In this document: one piece after another, positions 9,173 through 19,174 of the stretch
How positions within the stretch are numbered: position 1 is the stretch's first letter
How the letters are laid out: each line of letters opens with the position of its first letter
Source of the DNA: an uncultured delta proteobacterium
GTDB lineage: Bacteria > Myxococcota_A > Polyangia > Polyangiales > Polyangiaceae
DNA length: 64,000 nucleotides
Assembly (NCBI GenBank): GCA_963696385.1
Contig: CAVOKF010000006.1
Location: 416,001 to 480,000 of the forward strand
Reading direction: 5' to 3'
Position numbers and translations under genes: made by a program
The notes under the pieces: model-generated
What the model saw: only the letters and a program-made list of their open reading frames with translations
What the model was told of the DNA's origin: nothing
The model's database searches: none

Positions 9173-10888
9173 ATGATCGGCCTCCGCAGGCGTGACCCCA
9201 CGCGCGTCAAGGGGCGAGACGGTCCGACTGGGGGGCATCGGCTGCCGCTCGCCGCCGGGCTGATTCTCGGCGCGGTCGCGACCGCCGCGCCGGCGAAAGC
9301 CGCGGATGCGATCGTCCGTCCGCATCAGACCCAGCAGATCATCAACGGCTTCGGCGCGTCCTCCGCGTGGGCCGACGACGACATGGACGACGCCGGCGCC
9401 GATCTCACATTTTCGATCGACGCCGGCGTGGGGCTCTCGCTGCTGCGCGTCCGTATCGCACCGGATGGGACCTGCGGCGAAGTGGCCACCGCGCAGAAGG
9501 CCGTCGCCCGGGGTGCCAACGTGTGGGCGACCCCATGGTCGCCGCCACCCGAGTGGAAGACCGGCACCGACGACGCCGGAAACGGCGGCACGCTCTCGCC
9601 CATGTACTACGGCGCCTGGGCGAGCCTCCTGGTTTCGTTCGTTCAGGGGATGCAGTCGCAAGGGATCCCCCTTTTGGGCCTCTCGGCCCAGAACGAGCCC
9701 ACGACGTCCGTGACCAACAACGGCGAGACGGTGGGCTACGAGTCGTGTCTGTACACCCCCGCCGCGCTCGCCCAATTCATCGGACAAAGTCTCGGTCCGG
9801 CACTGAGCGACGCGGGACTTCCGGACGGAGGGGTCCTCCCCATGGGAGTCATCGCGCCGGAGACGCAGGATTGGAACGCGTTCCAGAGTTTCGAACAGGA
9901 GATTGAGACCGACGACGCCGGCGCATGGAACCAGGTCGGCGTGCTGGCCTCGCACTCGTACGCGGGTACCCAACCGTCGCCGTATCCGGCGGTCGCTGAC
10001 GCCGGAAAGTCGCTCTGGGAGACCGAAGTGTACGACGAGACCAGCTCGAACCCAGACCCCGGCATCGGCAGCGGACTGTGGGTCGCGCGCGCCATTCATC
10101 AAGCTCTCGTCTCGGCCAACGCCAACGCCTGGCACTACTGGTGGATCTATCCACTCGGCCCCGGTCGCGGGGCCTTGTGGGACCCCGTTTCCGACGGGGG
10201 GTCCGGTTTTCAGCCCACCAAGCGTCTGTACGCCATGGGCAATTACAGTCGCTTCGTACGCCCTGGGTTTTTGCGCGTTGCGGCCACCGAGGTCCCCAAT
10301 CCATGTTGGGGGGTGGAAGTCAGCGCGTACTCCGATCCGCCATCGGGCAACCTCGTCGTCGTTGCGATCAACTTGGACACCGTCGCGCACACGCAGGGGT
10401 TCGCATTCGACGGCGTCACGACGGGATCTTGGACGTCCTGGGTGACGTCCGCCACCCAAAGCCTCGAGCCCGGCGACGCGGTTTCCGACGTCGGTTCCGA
10501 CGGCGGCGAAACGGGCCGCGTGGTCTACACGCTTGCGCCGCAAAGCGTCACGACGCTGCAAATGCAGGTCACCGACGCGGGACCGCCGCTGCCGGCGGAT
10601 TCGGATGCCTCCGCGTGTGTTGCGGACGCCGCGCCGCCGAAGCAAGGTTGTGGGCTGGCATGCTCGACGGCCGCGGTTCGCGCTTCGGGCGGCGGTGGCG
10701 GGGGCCTTCTGAACGGATCGGCCGCCGCCGCATGCGCTGCGGTTGCAGCCGCTCTCGGCCGCCGCGCCACGCGCCGCCGGTCGAAGCGTGCGCGATCGGC
10801 CGGGCGCGCGCGGTCCCCCGACCAATCGGCGCCGGTCGGCCTGCCGCGCGATGAGCGCCGACCGGAGCCCACGGCTTCGGTGCTCTAA
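9173..10888 (+). CDS. Glycoside hydrolase family 30 (xylanase-like), secreted, MYXO-CTERM-like tail
   Basis: GFGASSAW, GLSLLRVRI, ATPWSPP, QNEP (acid/base), LWETE (nucleophile), YSRFVRPG; C-terminal GCG-hydrophobic-RRR. Confidence 0.85.
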   Translation: MIGLRRRDPTRVKGRDGPTGGHRLPLAAGLILGAVATAAPAKAADAIVRPHQTQQIINGFGASSAWADDDMDDAGADLTFSIDAGVGLSLLRVRIAPDGTCGEVATAQKAVARGANVWATPWSPPPEWKTGTDDAGNGGTLSPMYYGAWASLLVSFVQGMQSQGIPLLGLSAQNEPTTSVTNNGETVGYESCLYTPAALAQFIGQSLGPALSDAGLPDGGVLPMGVIAPETQDWNAFQSFEQEIETDDAGAWNQVGVLASHSYAGTQPSPYPAVADAGKSLWETEVYDETSSNPDPGIGSGLWVARAIHQALVSANANAWHYWWIYPLGPGRGALWDPVSDGGSGFQPTKRLYAMGNYSRFVRPGFLRVAATEVPNPCWGVEVSAYSDPPSGNLVVVAINLDTVAHTQGFAFDGVTTGSWTSWVTSATQSLEPGDAVSDVGSDGGETGRVVYTLAPQSVTTLQMQVTDAGPPLPADSDASACVADAAPPKQGCGLACSTAAVRASGGGGGGLLNGSAAAACAAVAAALGRRATRRRSKRARSAGRARSPDQSAPVGLPRDERRPEPTASVL

Positions 10889-12442
10889 AGCGGCCGATAG
10901 TCGAACCAGTCGAAGTCGGCCGGCGAGGCAGACGGCCGGCCGTTGCCGGTCGCGTAGAGCCCGATGCACGTACCGGTAAAATGGTTCTGGCCGGAGGCTT
11001 GGATCCGTTCGGTGCACAGGTTCCGGGTCGGCAGCGCTCCGAGCGTCGCGAGCGCATCGGTCGCGCCGGCGCGGAAGGTGTACCGCTCCGCGGTCGCCGA
11101 CAGCTCGATCTCGACCGGGCCTTCGCCCAACGGGTGCCGAGCGAGGACGCGCGACACTCCGCGGACTCGGCTTCGAAGGACCGCCTCGCGCCCGGACGGC
11201 CCGAGACGAATCGCGAGGTCGTAGTGAAAGCTCTCGGTCGCACGCACCGTCAGACCGGCCTCTTCGTCGGTGCGGCCGGGCGAGAAGTCGAGCGAGGTCC
11301 GACAACAGAGGTCGAAGTGCTGCTGGCGGCGGACGACCAGGGCGGGGGAGTCGACGTCGTCGAGCGTCACGCGGGATCCGAAAAGGCGCAAGAACCCCGG
11401 CCGCGCGCGGAGCGACCGGTCGCGCGGGTACGGGTTGCGGAGAAAGCTCCAGACCGGGTCCAGATTCGGATCGTCGAAATCGTCTCGCTCCCGCCAAGGC
11501 ACCGGCGCCGCATCGAGTGCGGGACCCGGCATGTCGAGCTCGAATCCGGCCCTGATCGCCGATCACGGGCCACCCATCCCGAGTCCACGTGACCCCGGCC
11601 AAGAAGGTCTCGCGCCCCAGATGATGGTGCTTGCCGTGCTTCGGACGAATCCCGAGCAGCACCGCCCACCACGTCCCGTCGGCAAGCTCGACGAGGTCGG
11701 CGTGTCCGAGCGCTTGGATCGGATGGCGCGGGCGGAGCCGATGCGTCACGATCGGATTGCTCGGACACGCGTCGAACGGTCCGAAGGGCGCTGAACTGCG
11801 CGCGACGATCTCGGTGTGCCCGTACCCCGTGCCGCCCTCGGCAATCATCAGGTAATACGTGGTCCCGATCTTGTAGAGATGGGGCGCTTCCGGCCAGATG
11901 CCGCCCGTCCCCGCCCAGATGCGACGCGGACGCCCGAGCAGCTTGCCGGTCTTCACGTCCAACGTGGTCTGAACGATGACCGGGTGGTCGAAGTCCGCCC
12001 CCTTGCCGTTTCTTGTATAATACACATTGTCGTCGACGAACGACAGAGACGGATCGATTCCGTCCGTATCCAACCAGACGGGATCGGACCACGGCCCTTC
12101 GGGACGCTTGGCCGTTACGAAGAAATTGCCGCCGCCCCCGACATGGGTCGTGACGACGTAGAAGCGGCCGCGCGCGTGACGAATCGTCGGCGCGTAAATC
12201 CCGCCGGACGCGCGTATGCGGTGCAAATCGAGCTGGCTCTTTCGGGTAAGGACGTGACCGATCGGCCGCCAGTGAACGAGATCGCGGCTATGAAAAATCG
12301 GGACGCCCGGAAAGTACTCGAAGCTGCTCGTGACCAGGTAAAAGTCGGGTCCGACCCTGCACACGCTCGGGTCCGGGTGGAATCCGGCGATGACGGGGTT
12401 CGAGAACGTCGGCACGGCGACTGCGCGGGAAAAGACGCTCAC
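10885..12442 (-). pseudogene. GH43 beta-xylosidase/alpha-arabinofuranosidase, +1 frameshift near 11543 (possibly sequencing error)
   Basis: NPVIAGFHPDPS, TSSFEYFPG, GIDPS, PEAPH, GHADLV in one frame; C-terminal domain (DDFD...WSFLR...FTG...GLYA...FDWFDY) in another. Deleting one base restores GRIELDMPG. Confidence 0.85.
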
Positions 12443-13491
12443 GCAGCTTGGACGTCGACGACGATTTTGATCGTGCTCGGCTCTTCGCGATCCAGCTGAT
12501 CGAACGCCCGGGCGATGTCGTTGAGCGGCATCGTGTGCGTGATGAGTGAATCGGGATGCAAGAGGCCCTTGCCGAGCAGACGAATGGCGCGCGGGAACTC
12601 GCCGAGCGTCACCCGCGATGCGATGATTTCGCCCTCTTTGATGACGAGCGTCTTGAAGTGGACGGCGGCGGGTTGTTCACCGAGACCGGCGGTCACGATG
12701 CGTCCCCCGTGGCGAATCATCTTCACGGCTTGCGCCAACGGGGCCTCCTGTCCGCCCACCGGGTGATGGTGGCCGATGCATTCGATGACGCAGTCGACCC
12801 CGACTCCGCGGGTGAGATCGAGAACGCGATCGACCGGATCCTCGCTCGTGGCATCGATCGCGTAGTCGGCCCCGAGCGCCCGCGCCGTCTGCAATCGGAA
12901 CGGTTGCACGTCGCAGATCAGGGTGACGGCGGCCCCCGCGCTGTGACAGAGCACGTCGAGCACCGCCAGTCCGAGTTTGCCGGCCCCCAGAATGGCCACG
13001 GTCTCGCCGGGCTGCACCCGCCCGCGACGCAAGATGTGGTGGCCCAGGCTGTAGACCTCCACGAGCGGCACCTGATGCATCGGGACGTTGTCGGGCAAGG
13101 CGAAGACGTGACCGGCAGGGACGTTGATCAGCTGGCCGAAGCCGCCGTCGAGGTCCACGCCCAGAAGCTTCAGCGTTCGACAGGCATTGATCTGCCCGAC
13201 GAGACACGACGCGCAGCGATGGCAGGACACGATGGGATCGACGGCCACCCGATCTCCGACCTTGAGTCCGCCGACGTTTTTGCCGAGCTCGACGATCGTG
13301 CCGCCGAACTCGTGACCGAGGATGGCCGGGAAATTCACACGGCTGCGAAATTCACCGCGAAAAATGTGAAGATCGGTGCCGCAAAGGCCGGCGTACGCCG
13401 GCTGAATCAAGACTTCGCCGGGGCCGAGGACCGGATCGGGCGCATGGCCCAGGCGGATGTTTCGATCGTCGAACAGAATGCCGGCTTTCAT
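12439..13491 (-). CDS. Zinc-dependent alcohol/sugar dehydrogenase (MDR family)
   Basis: GLCGTDLH, GHEFGG, CHRCASC, GAGKLG; start MKAGIL; stop overlaps the GH43 GTG start. Confidence 0.9.
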   Translation of the reverse strand: MKAGILFDDRNIRLGHAPDPVLGPGEVLIQPAYAGLCGTDLHIFRGEFRSRVNFPAILGHEFGGTIVELGKNVGGLKVGDRVAVDPIVSCHRCASCLVGQINACRTLKLLGVDLDGGFGQLINVPAGHVFALPDNVPMHQVPLVEVYSLGHHILRRGRVQPGETVAILGAGKLGLAVLDVLCHSAGAAVTLICDVQPFRLQTARALGADYAIDATSEDPVDRVLDLTRGVGVDCVIECIGHHHPVGGQEAPLAQAVKMIRHGGRIVTAGLGEQPAAVHFKTLVIKEGEIIASRVTLGEFPRAIRLLGKGLLHPDSLITHTMPLNDIARAFDQLDREEPSTIKIVVDVQAA

Positions 13492-13517
13492 GGGTCCTCT
13501 AGCGTGCGGCGGAACGG

Positions 13518-14393
13518 CTACAGCCGGTAGGCGCGCCGCGCCGTGCCACCGAGGATTTGGGCGCGCTCGGTCGGCGTGAGTTCGGCGACGAATCTCCGAA
13601 CCGACTCGACCCACTTCCGGTAGGTCGAGGCCAGAAGGCACACCGGCCAATCGCTGCCGAAGAGGATCCGATCCGGGCCGAACGCCTCGAGGGTGGCATC
13701 CAGGTACGGGCGCAGATCGGCGTCGGTCCAACGGGCGGGTGCGGCCTCGGTCACCAGGCCCGAGAGCTTACAATACACTTGCGGCCGGCGCGCAAGCTCT
13801 CCGACCTGAGCGCGCCATGGATCGAGGGCGCCGTCGCGGATGCGCGGCTTTGCCGCGTGGTCCAGGACAAACACTTGGCCGGGGTGCCGGTCGACGAACG
13901 CGATTGCGGCCGGGATTTGTCGATCGACAATGAGGATATCGTACGCCAACCCGAATTCGCGCAGCGCGGCGATGCCGGCGTTGAAGTCGGGGCGCTCCAA
14001 GAAGGTCGGATCGGGCTCCTCCTGGACGACGTGTCGCACGCCGCGCAGCGTGCGACCGGCCGCCGTGAGGCTCACGAGGTCCGCGCGTACCGACGGACTG
14101 GCGAGCGGTACCCAGCCGACGACACCGACGATGAATTCGTGCGCAGCCGCCAGGCTCACGAGCCACCTGGTTTCGTCAATCGTTTGCCGCGCCTGAACGC
14201 TGATCACCGCATCCACCCCGGCTCGGCCAATCTCGCAGGCGAGGTCGGCGGGCAGCCAGTCGCGCTTGAGGACGGACATCGAATCGTCGATCCATGGGTA
14301 GGCCGTCGGGTCGTATCGCCAGAAGTGATGATGCGCATCGATCACCGGATCCGGGGATCCGGAGACGACGGGGGCAGCGATATCGGGGCTCAC
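13518..14393 (-). CDS. Amidohydrolase 2 family, L-fuconolactonase-like
   Basis: IDAHHHFW, VGVVGWV, GVRH, VLDHAAKP, CKLSGL, FGSDWPV; start uncertain. Confidence 0.85.
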   Translation of the reverse strand: MSPDIAAPVVSGSPDPVIDAHHHFWRYDPTAYPWIDDSMSVLKRDWLPADLACEIGRAGVDAVISVQARQTIDETRWLVSLAAAHEFIVGVVGWVPLASPSVRADLVSLTAAGRTLRGVRHVVQEEPDPTFLERPDFNAGIAALREFGLAYDILIVDRQIPAAIAFVDRHPGQVFVLDHAAKPRIRDGALDPWRAQVGELARRPQVYCKLSGLVTEAAPARWTDADLRPYLDATLEAFGPDRILFGSDWPVCLLASTYRKWVESVRRFVAELTPTERAQILGGTARRAYRL

Positions 14394-14398
14394 GAGCG

Positions 14399-14614
14399 TC
14401 AGGGCGTGTTCGCCGTGTCCACGGGCGCGCAGTTCTTCCGTCCCGACGAGACGCAGTCCTGCACACTCGATGCGTCGCGGAGGCGGAATGCGATCAGCAG
14501 GCCGCCGGCGACGAGCACGACGAGCACGATGACGGGCAAGAGTCCGAACGGATTGTCGCGGACCTCGTCGTCCTCGGGCGGCTCTGGGGCGGCGGGGTCG
14601 ACTCCGGGATCCAC
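14399..14614 (-). CDS. Small single-pass membrane protein with C-terminal Cys pair
   Basis: Acidic N-terminus, one TM helix, QDCVSSGRKNCAP; GTG start inferred. Confidence 0.5.
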   Translation of the reverse strand: MDPGVDPAAPEPPEDDEVRDNPFGLLPVIVLVVLVAGGLLIAFRLRDASSVQDCVSSGRKNCAPVDTANTP

Positions 14615-14804
14615 GGTCCGCCGAGTGTGCCACAGTCGAGCCCCGGATCGCTGCCGAAACGGCAGAAATTCGTGCTTCAGGCGCGGCCGGATCGGCTGCC
14701 GGACTTTCGCCTGCTCTTTCAAACGACCCCGGGCCTGCCGCTGCAAGAAGCGCGAGCGACGCAGCCGCGAGCCGGACCGGCAGGCCGGCCGATGGGGCGA
14801 GGAT

Positions 14805-16253
14805 CTATCCGCGCGAAGCCGCCGGCGTGGTCCACCAACCGCCGCCGAGTGCCACGTACAGCATCACAGTATCCTGCAATCGCTGGCCGACCGCCTGAAC
14901 GTATCCAATTTTCGCTTGCAAGTACTGTCCGTCGGCCACGAGCATTTGCAGATACGTCGCGATCCCCGCCTGGTAGTTGGCCTGCATGAGCCGCATGGCG
15001 TGCTCCGCGGTATCGACGGCCTCGGTCTCTGCGAGGACGGTGTCGGCGTCGTGGGTCAATCCGCGCAGCGTGTCGGCCACCTCTTCAAAGGCCGCGAGGA
15101 CCGTCTGCCGGTACTGCGCGGCAGCGGCCTCGCGCGCCTCGACCGCAGCTCTCCGCTGGTAGTAGAGCGTGCCTCCGCGGAAAATCGGTTGCGTCAGACC
15201 GGCCGCGACGTTCCAGGCAGCGCTTCCGGCGGCGAAGAGGTTCCCCAGTGTGGTGTTGTTGATGCCGAACCCCGCGCTCAGGGTCACGTTGGGCAGCATC
15301 GCCGCGGTGGCCACGCCGATGGTGGCGTTGGCGGCGTGAAGCTCGGCTTCGGCGATGAGCACGTCGGGGCGCTGGCGAACGAGCTCCGACGGGACGGCCA
15401 GCGGCAGATCCGCGGGGATCTTCAAGTCCGCAAGCGTCAGAGTCGGTTGGACCCCGTCGGCCGGAGTCATGCCGGTCAGCGCACTGAGAAGGTGGGAAGT
15501 CTGGTCGATCTTCTCCTCGAGCGGGGGCAGTGCCGCCTCGGTGCTGGCCAGCTGACTGCGCAAGCTGAGCACGGTCGAGTAGGGCACGGTCCCTCCGGCC
15601 GCCTGCGCTTCTGCGATGCGCACCTGCTCGCGCAAAAGGACCGCGGTCACCTTCGTGGCATCGATCTCGTCACGATACGCCGCCTGCGCGATGACGCCGT
15701 CCACGACATTGCCCGCGAGCATCACGTACGCGCCCGCGAGCGTGTATCGCTCTGCGTCCACGGCCGCCTGCAGCACCTCGGCTTGACGGCGTGCTCCACC
15801 CCAAATGTCGATCGCGTAGCTGACGGTCCCGGACAAGGAGAAGAGGTTGAAGGTGTCGCTCGGAAGCACGCCCGGCGCGAGGTTGTAGCGCTGGCGGCTT
15901 ACGCCCGCGCCCGCGTTGACCTGCGGGAAAAACACGCCGTAGCCGGCGCGAAGGTCGTCCTGCGTCTTTCGCAGGGTCGCGCGCGCGGCGTCGAGCCCCG
16001 GGTTTTTCGCAATCGCCTCGCTTACGATCGAATCGAGCGCGGCGCAGCGCAGAACGCGCCACCACTGGGTCGAAATCGGTTGCCCTTCGACGAATCGCTG
16101 GCTCACCCCGTCGGCGGCGACCGTCGCCTCGAGGGGCTCGCGGGTGTAGGAGCGATCGTTCGGAGCCGCTGGACGATGGAAATCGGGCCCGACGGCGCAG
16201 TGGATGCTCGCGAGGCACAGGGCGAAAAGCGCAAACCGTCTTCGGCCGCGCAC
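14805..16253 (-). CDS. Outer-membrane efflux lipoprotein, TolC/NodT family
   Basis: CAVGPDF, SYAIDIWG, PSELVRQRPDV, QPIFRGG, LYVALGGGW. Confidence 0.92.
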   Translation of the reverse strand: MRGRRRFALFALCLASIHCAVGPDFHRPAAPNDRSYTREPLEATVAADGVSQRFVEGQPISTQWWRVLRCAALDSIVSEAIAKNPGLDAARATLRKTQDDLRAGYGVFFPQVNAGAGVSRQRYNLAPGVLPSDTFNLFSLSGTVSYAIDIWGGARRQAEVLQAAVDAERYTLAGAYVMLAGNVVDGVIAQAAYRDEIDATKVTAVLLREQVRIAEAQAAGGTVPYSTVLSLRSQLASTEAALPPLEEKIDQTSHLLSALTGMTPADGVQPTLTLADLKIPADLPLAVPSELVRQRPDVLIAEAELHAANATIGVATAAMLPNVTLSAGFGINNTTLGNLFAAGSAAWNVAAGLTQPIFRGGTLYYQRRAAVEAREAAAAQYRQTVLAAFEEVADTLRGLTHDADTVLAETEAVDTAEHAMRLMQANYQAGIATYLQMLVADGQYLQAKIGYVQAVGQRLQDTVMLYVALGGGWWTTPAASRG

Positions 16254-16254
16254 G

Positions 16255-17340
16255 TCACTTGCCCCCGATGTAGACGTCGACGAGCTCGCCGGGAAAGACC
16301 TGCACTCCCGGCGGCGGCTGAAAGCGGAAGATGATCGGCAGCACGCGCAAGTCGACTTTTTCCTGCCGTTGGTTCGACAGCTGAATCTTGGGCGAGACGT
16401 ACGGCTGCACGCGGACGAACTCGAGCGGGATCTTCGTGTCCGTTCCCCGGATGAACATCTGCGCCTGCAACTTGTCCCCCGTAGGCAGTCGCGGGATCAG
16501 GATCTCGTCGATATAGCAACGTACGGCGAGCATGCCTTTCGACGTGCCCATGACCACCAACGGGTCGAACCCCTGCGTGTAAGTGTCGTAACTGCCTTGA
16601 GGCGAGACGTAGCTGCCGACCGTGGCGTTGATGGACAAGACGATGCCGTCGGTCGGGGCCTTGATGGTGAACTTGGCGAGCAAGGCGCTCGAGGCTGCAT
16701 ACGCTTTCGCGAGCGCCTCGGTCTGCTTCTCCTGGTTGCGGATGTCGAACACCCACGCCCCTGCCTTGGTGAGATCGTATTGCCGCGTCACGACATCCAG
16801 GTTCGCCTTCGCGACCTTCTGTCCGTTGATCGCGTTGTCGAGCGCGTCTTTGCTCACCGACTCGGGGTCGAGATTGTAGGATTTCTGCTGCTTTTCGAGC
16901 GTATCCTGGGCGGTCTTGAGGCTCGCCTGCGCCATTTCGACCTGCGCGCGCGCCACTTCGAAGCTCTCTCGGCGGGGCTGCGCCCGGAGCTCTTCGAGCA
17001 GCGCCTGGGCGGCTTCCGCCTGCGAACGCTGCTGGTCGGCGGTCGCTTTCTGGATCGAGTCGTCAATCTGGACGAGAGGGGTGCCCTGCGTGACTTGCTG
17101 GCCCTCGGTCACGAGGATGCGGGTGATGGACCCCGACACCTCGGCATAGAGGTTGGTGTTCTCCCCGTTGGACTGGTCGCTCTCTACGATCCCGTTGGCG
17201 TAGATGCCCTTGGCATAGGGGTTCGGAGCCGGGTTGAAGACGGGTGCCAGCGGCTTGTTCGGAACGGCATAGACGTAGGCGCTCACCAGAGCTCCGATTG
17301 CGCCGACGCCGACGAGGATGAAGATCATCGTGTTACGCAT
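16255..17340 (-). CDS. HlyD-family membrane fusion protein
   Basis: N-terminal anchor, lipoyl half-motifs (V.EGQQV..G.PL; IKAPTDGIV), coiled coil. Confidence 0.9.
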   Translation of the reverse strand: MRNTMIFILVGVGAIGALVSAYVYAVPNKPLAPVFNPAPNPYAKGIYANGIVESDQSNGENTNLYAEVSGSITRILVTEGQQVTQGTPLVQIDDSIQKATADQQRSQAEAAQALLEELRAQPRRESFEVARAQVEMAQASLKTAQDTLEKQQKSYNLDPESVSKDALDNAINGQKVAKANLDVVTRQYDLTKAGAWVFDIRNQEKQTEALAKAYAASSALLAKFTIKAPTDGIVLSINATVGSYVSPQGSYDTYTQGFDPLVVMGTSKGMLAVRCYIDEILIPRLPTGDKLQAQMFIRGTDTKIPLEFVRVQPYVSPKIQLSNQRQEKVDLRVLPIIFRFQPPPGVQVFPGELVDVYIGGK

Positions 17341-18031
17341 CGGCTCGACCTTTGCCCTCGAGCAGTTGCCCGTCTTCCATGTGCAAGATGCGGTTCGCGA
17401 ATTCGTAAATGCGATCGTCGTGAGTCACGACGACGATGCATCGATGCTCGTTGAGAACGTCGCGTTTCACGAATTCGACGATTTTTTTCCCGGTATCGCC
17501 GTCGAGCGACGCCGTGGGTTCGTCGAAAATCATCAGGTCCGGACCGCTCGCGAGAGCGCGCGCGATCGCGACGCGCTGCTGCTCGCCGCCGCTCAACCTG
17601 CCCGGATGAAGCTTCGCGCGCGACGCGAGGCCGACGACGTCCAGATACTTCATGGCTTCTTGCATGGCGTGGTCCCAGGGACGTCGTTTGAGCACGAGAG
17701 GAATGGCCACGTTTTCGGCCGTCGTGAGGTTCGGGAAAAGGTGAAAATCCTGAAATACGAAGCCGATCTTGTTGAGACGAAAATCCGCAAGAGCATTCTC
17801 GCCGAGACCCCACACGTCCGTGTCCTCCACGTGCACCGTCCCCGAGTCCGGCCGCAGGATTCCCGAGATGATGCTCAAGAGCGTCGTCTTGCCGCTGCCG
17901 GACGGGCCGACGATGTACAGCATCTCACGAAAATGAGCCTCGAAGCTCACCTCCCGCACGGCGCACGTCTTGGCCTCTCCCTGACCGAACCACTTGGTCA
18001 CTCGGTCGGCCCGAATCGCAACGGCATCCAT
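17333..18031 (-). CDS. ABC transporter ATP-binding protein (LolD/DevA-like)
   Basis: [31 protein letters not shown]. Confidence 0.95.
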   Translation of the reverse strand: MDAVAIRADRVTKWFGQGEAKTCAVREVSFEAHFREMLYIVGPSGSGKTTLLSIISGILRPDSGTVHVEDTDVWGLGENALADFRLNKIGFVFQDFHLFPNLTTAENVAIPLVLKRRPWDHAMQEAMKYLDVVGLASRAKLHPGRLSGGEQQRVAIARALASGPDLMIFDEPTASLDGDTGKKIVEFVKRDVLNEHRCIVVVTHDDRIYEFANRILHMEDGQLLEGKGRADA

Positions 18032-18032
18032 G

Positions 18033-19169
18033 TCAACCCCGGAAGATGTCGTAGGGGTCGATGCGCAAGACCTTGCGAACCGCGATGTACCCGGAGAACG
18101 CCGAGATGATAAGGACCATGCCGAGCGCCAGGGCGAGATTCGAATAGGTGACGATCGAGGCGTAATCGGGCATCCAGAGCTTCGCGAGAGCGATGAGGCC
18201 CGCGCACAGCCCGATGCCGAGGCCGTACCCGGCCAAGCCCGTGATCCCCGCTTGGAAGAAGATCATGGCCACGAGCTCCCGGCCCTTGGCACCGATGGCC
18301 TTGAGGGCGCCGAACTTATCGATGTTTTCGAGCACGAACGTATAGAAAGTCTGTCCCGAGATCGACAGCCCGACGATGAAGCTGATGGTGGTCATCAGCA
18401 GAAGGTTGGTCCCCATCCCCGTGTGCAGCATGTACCAGCTCGTGATGCGATCGATGAGCCCCTGTTCGGTCACGACGTCGTATCCGAGTCGGTGCACCTC
18501 GTCCTGGATGTGAGCGATGGCGGCGGCGTTTCGCGGCTCGACGAGAATGAACGATATCGTGTACCTCATCGAGGGGATGTACTGAATGGCGCGATTGAAC
18601 GTCGTATAGAGGGTCGGGATGCCGAAGAGACCGCTCGCCGGCACTTTCGCGATTCCGACGATGACCCCACGGTTGTCGTTGAGCTCGAACGCGGTGCCCA
18701 TCTTGGGGTTCTCGAGTTTCGGGTACTCCTCGTCCTTGACCACTACGAAGCCGTTCTCGGCGTAGATGTCGGCGATGTTGCCTTCGATGAGCGCCGGTCG
18801 CCCGAACAGACTCGTGTCGTCGAGGCCGAGCACCGTCACGGGCTGGTAGGTCCCGTCTGCGAGGCGGACGAGCCCCGCGCCGGAATACAAAGGGACCGCG
18901 TAGGTCACGCCCTCGATGCTCCGGACGGCGTCGAGCACGTAGTCGGGCATGGGGATGGCGCTGCTCACATTGGTGACGGCGCGGTCCATGACCCAGACCT
19001 TGGCGCCGGTATTGGTCACCGTCGCGGAGGCCTTCTTCATGATGCCCGAGAACATCGACGTCATCTGAACCATCAGGAACACGGAAAACGTGAGCCCCAT
19101 GAGCAGGGCCGCGAACTTGCCTTTGTCGTTGACGAGAAGCTTGTAGGCAATGCGCAGAATGCCGGACAC
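18033..19169 (-). CDS. ABC transporter permease (FtsX/MacB/DevC-like)
   Basis: One N-terminal TM, periplasmic domain, FGALKAIGA, three C-terminal TMs; GTG start inferred within ORF 18033..19883. Confidence 0.9.
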   Translation of the reverse strand: MSGILRIAYKLLVNDKGKFAALLMGLTFSVFLMVQMTSMFSGIMKKASATVTNTGAKVWVMDRAVTNVSSAIPMPDYVLDAVRSIEGVTYAVPLYSGAGLVRLADGTYQPVTVLGLDDTSLFGRPALIEGNIADIYAENGFVVVKDEEYPKLENPKMGTAFELNDNRGVIVGIAKVPASGLFGIPTLYTTFNRAIQYIPSMRYTISFILVEPRNAAAIAHIQDEVHRLGYDVVTEQGLIDRITSWYMLHTGMGTNLLLMTTISFIVGLSISGQTFYTFVLENIDKFGALKAIGAKGRELVAMIFFQAGITGLAGYGLGIGLCAGLIALAKLWMPDYASIVTYSNLALALGMVLIISAFSGYIAVRKVLRIDPYDIFRG

Positions 19170-19174
19170 GGGGA

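Noticed and set aside
8864..11540. 1192-aa GH43 fusion protein
   Set aside because: Artefact of the frameshift; the tail is off-frame and antisense to GH30.
13557..16334. 925-aa plus-strand ORF and similar long antisense ORFs elsewhere
   Set aside because: Stop-poor shadows of well-supported genes in high-GC DNA; no motifs.
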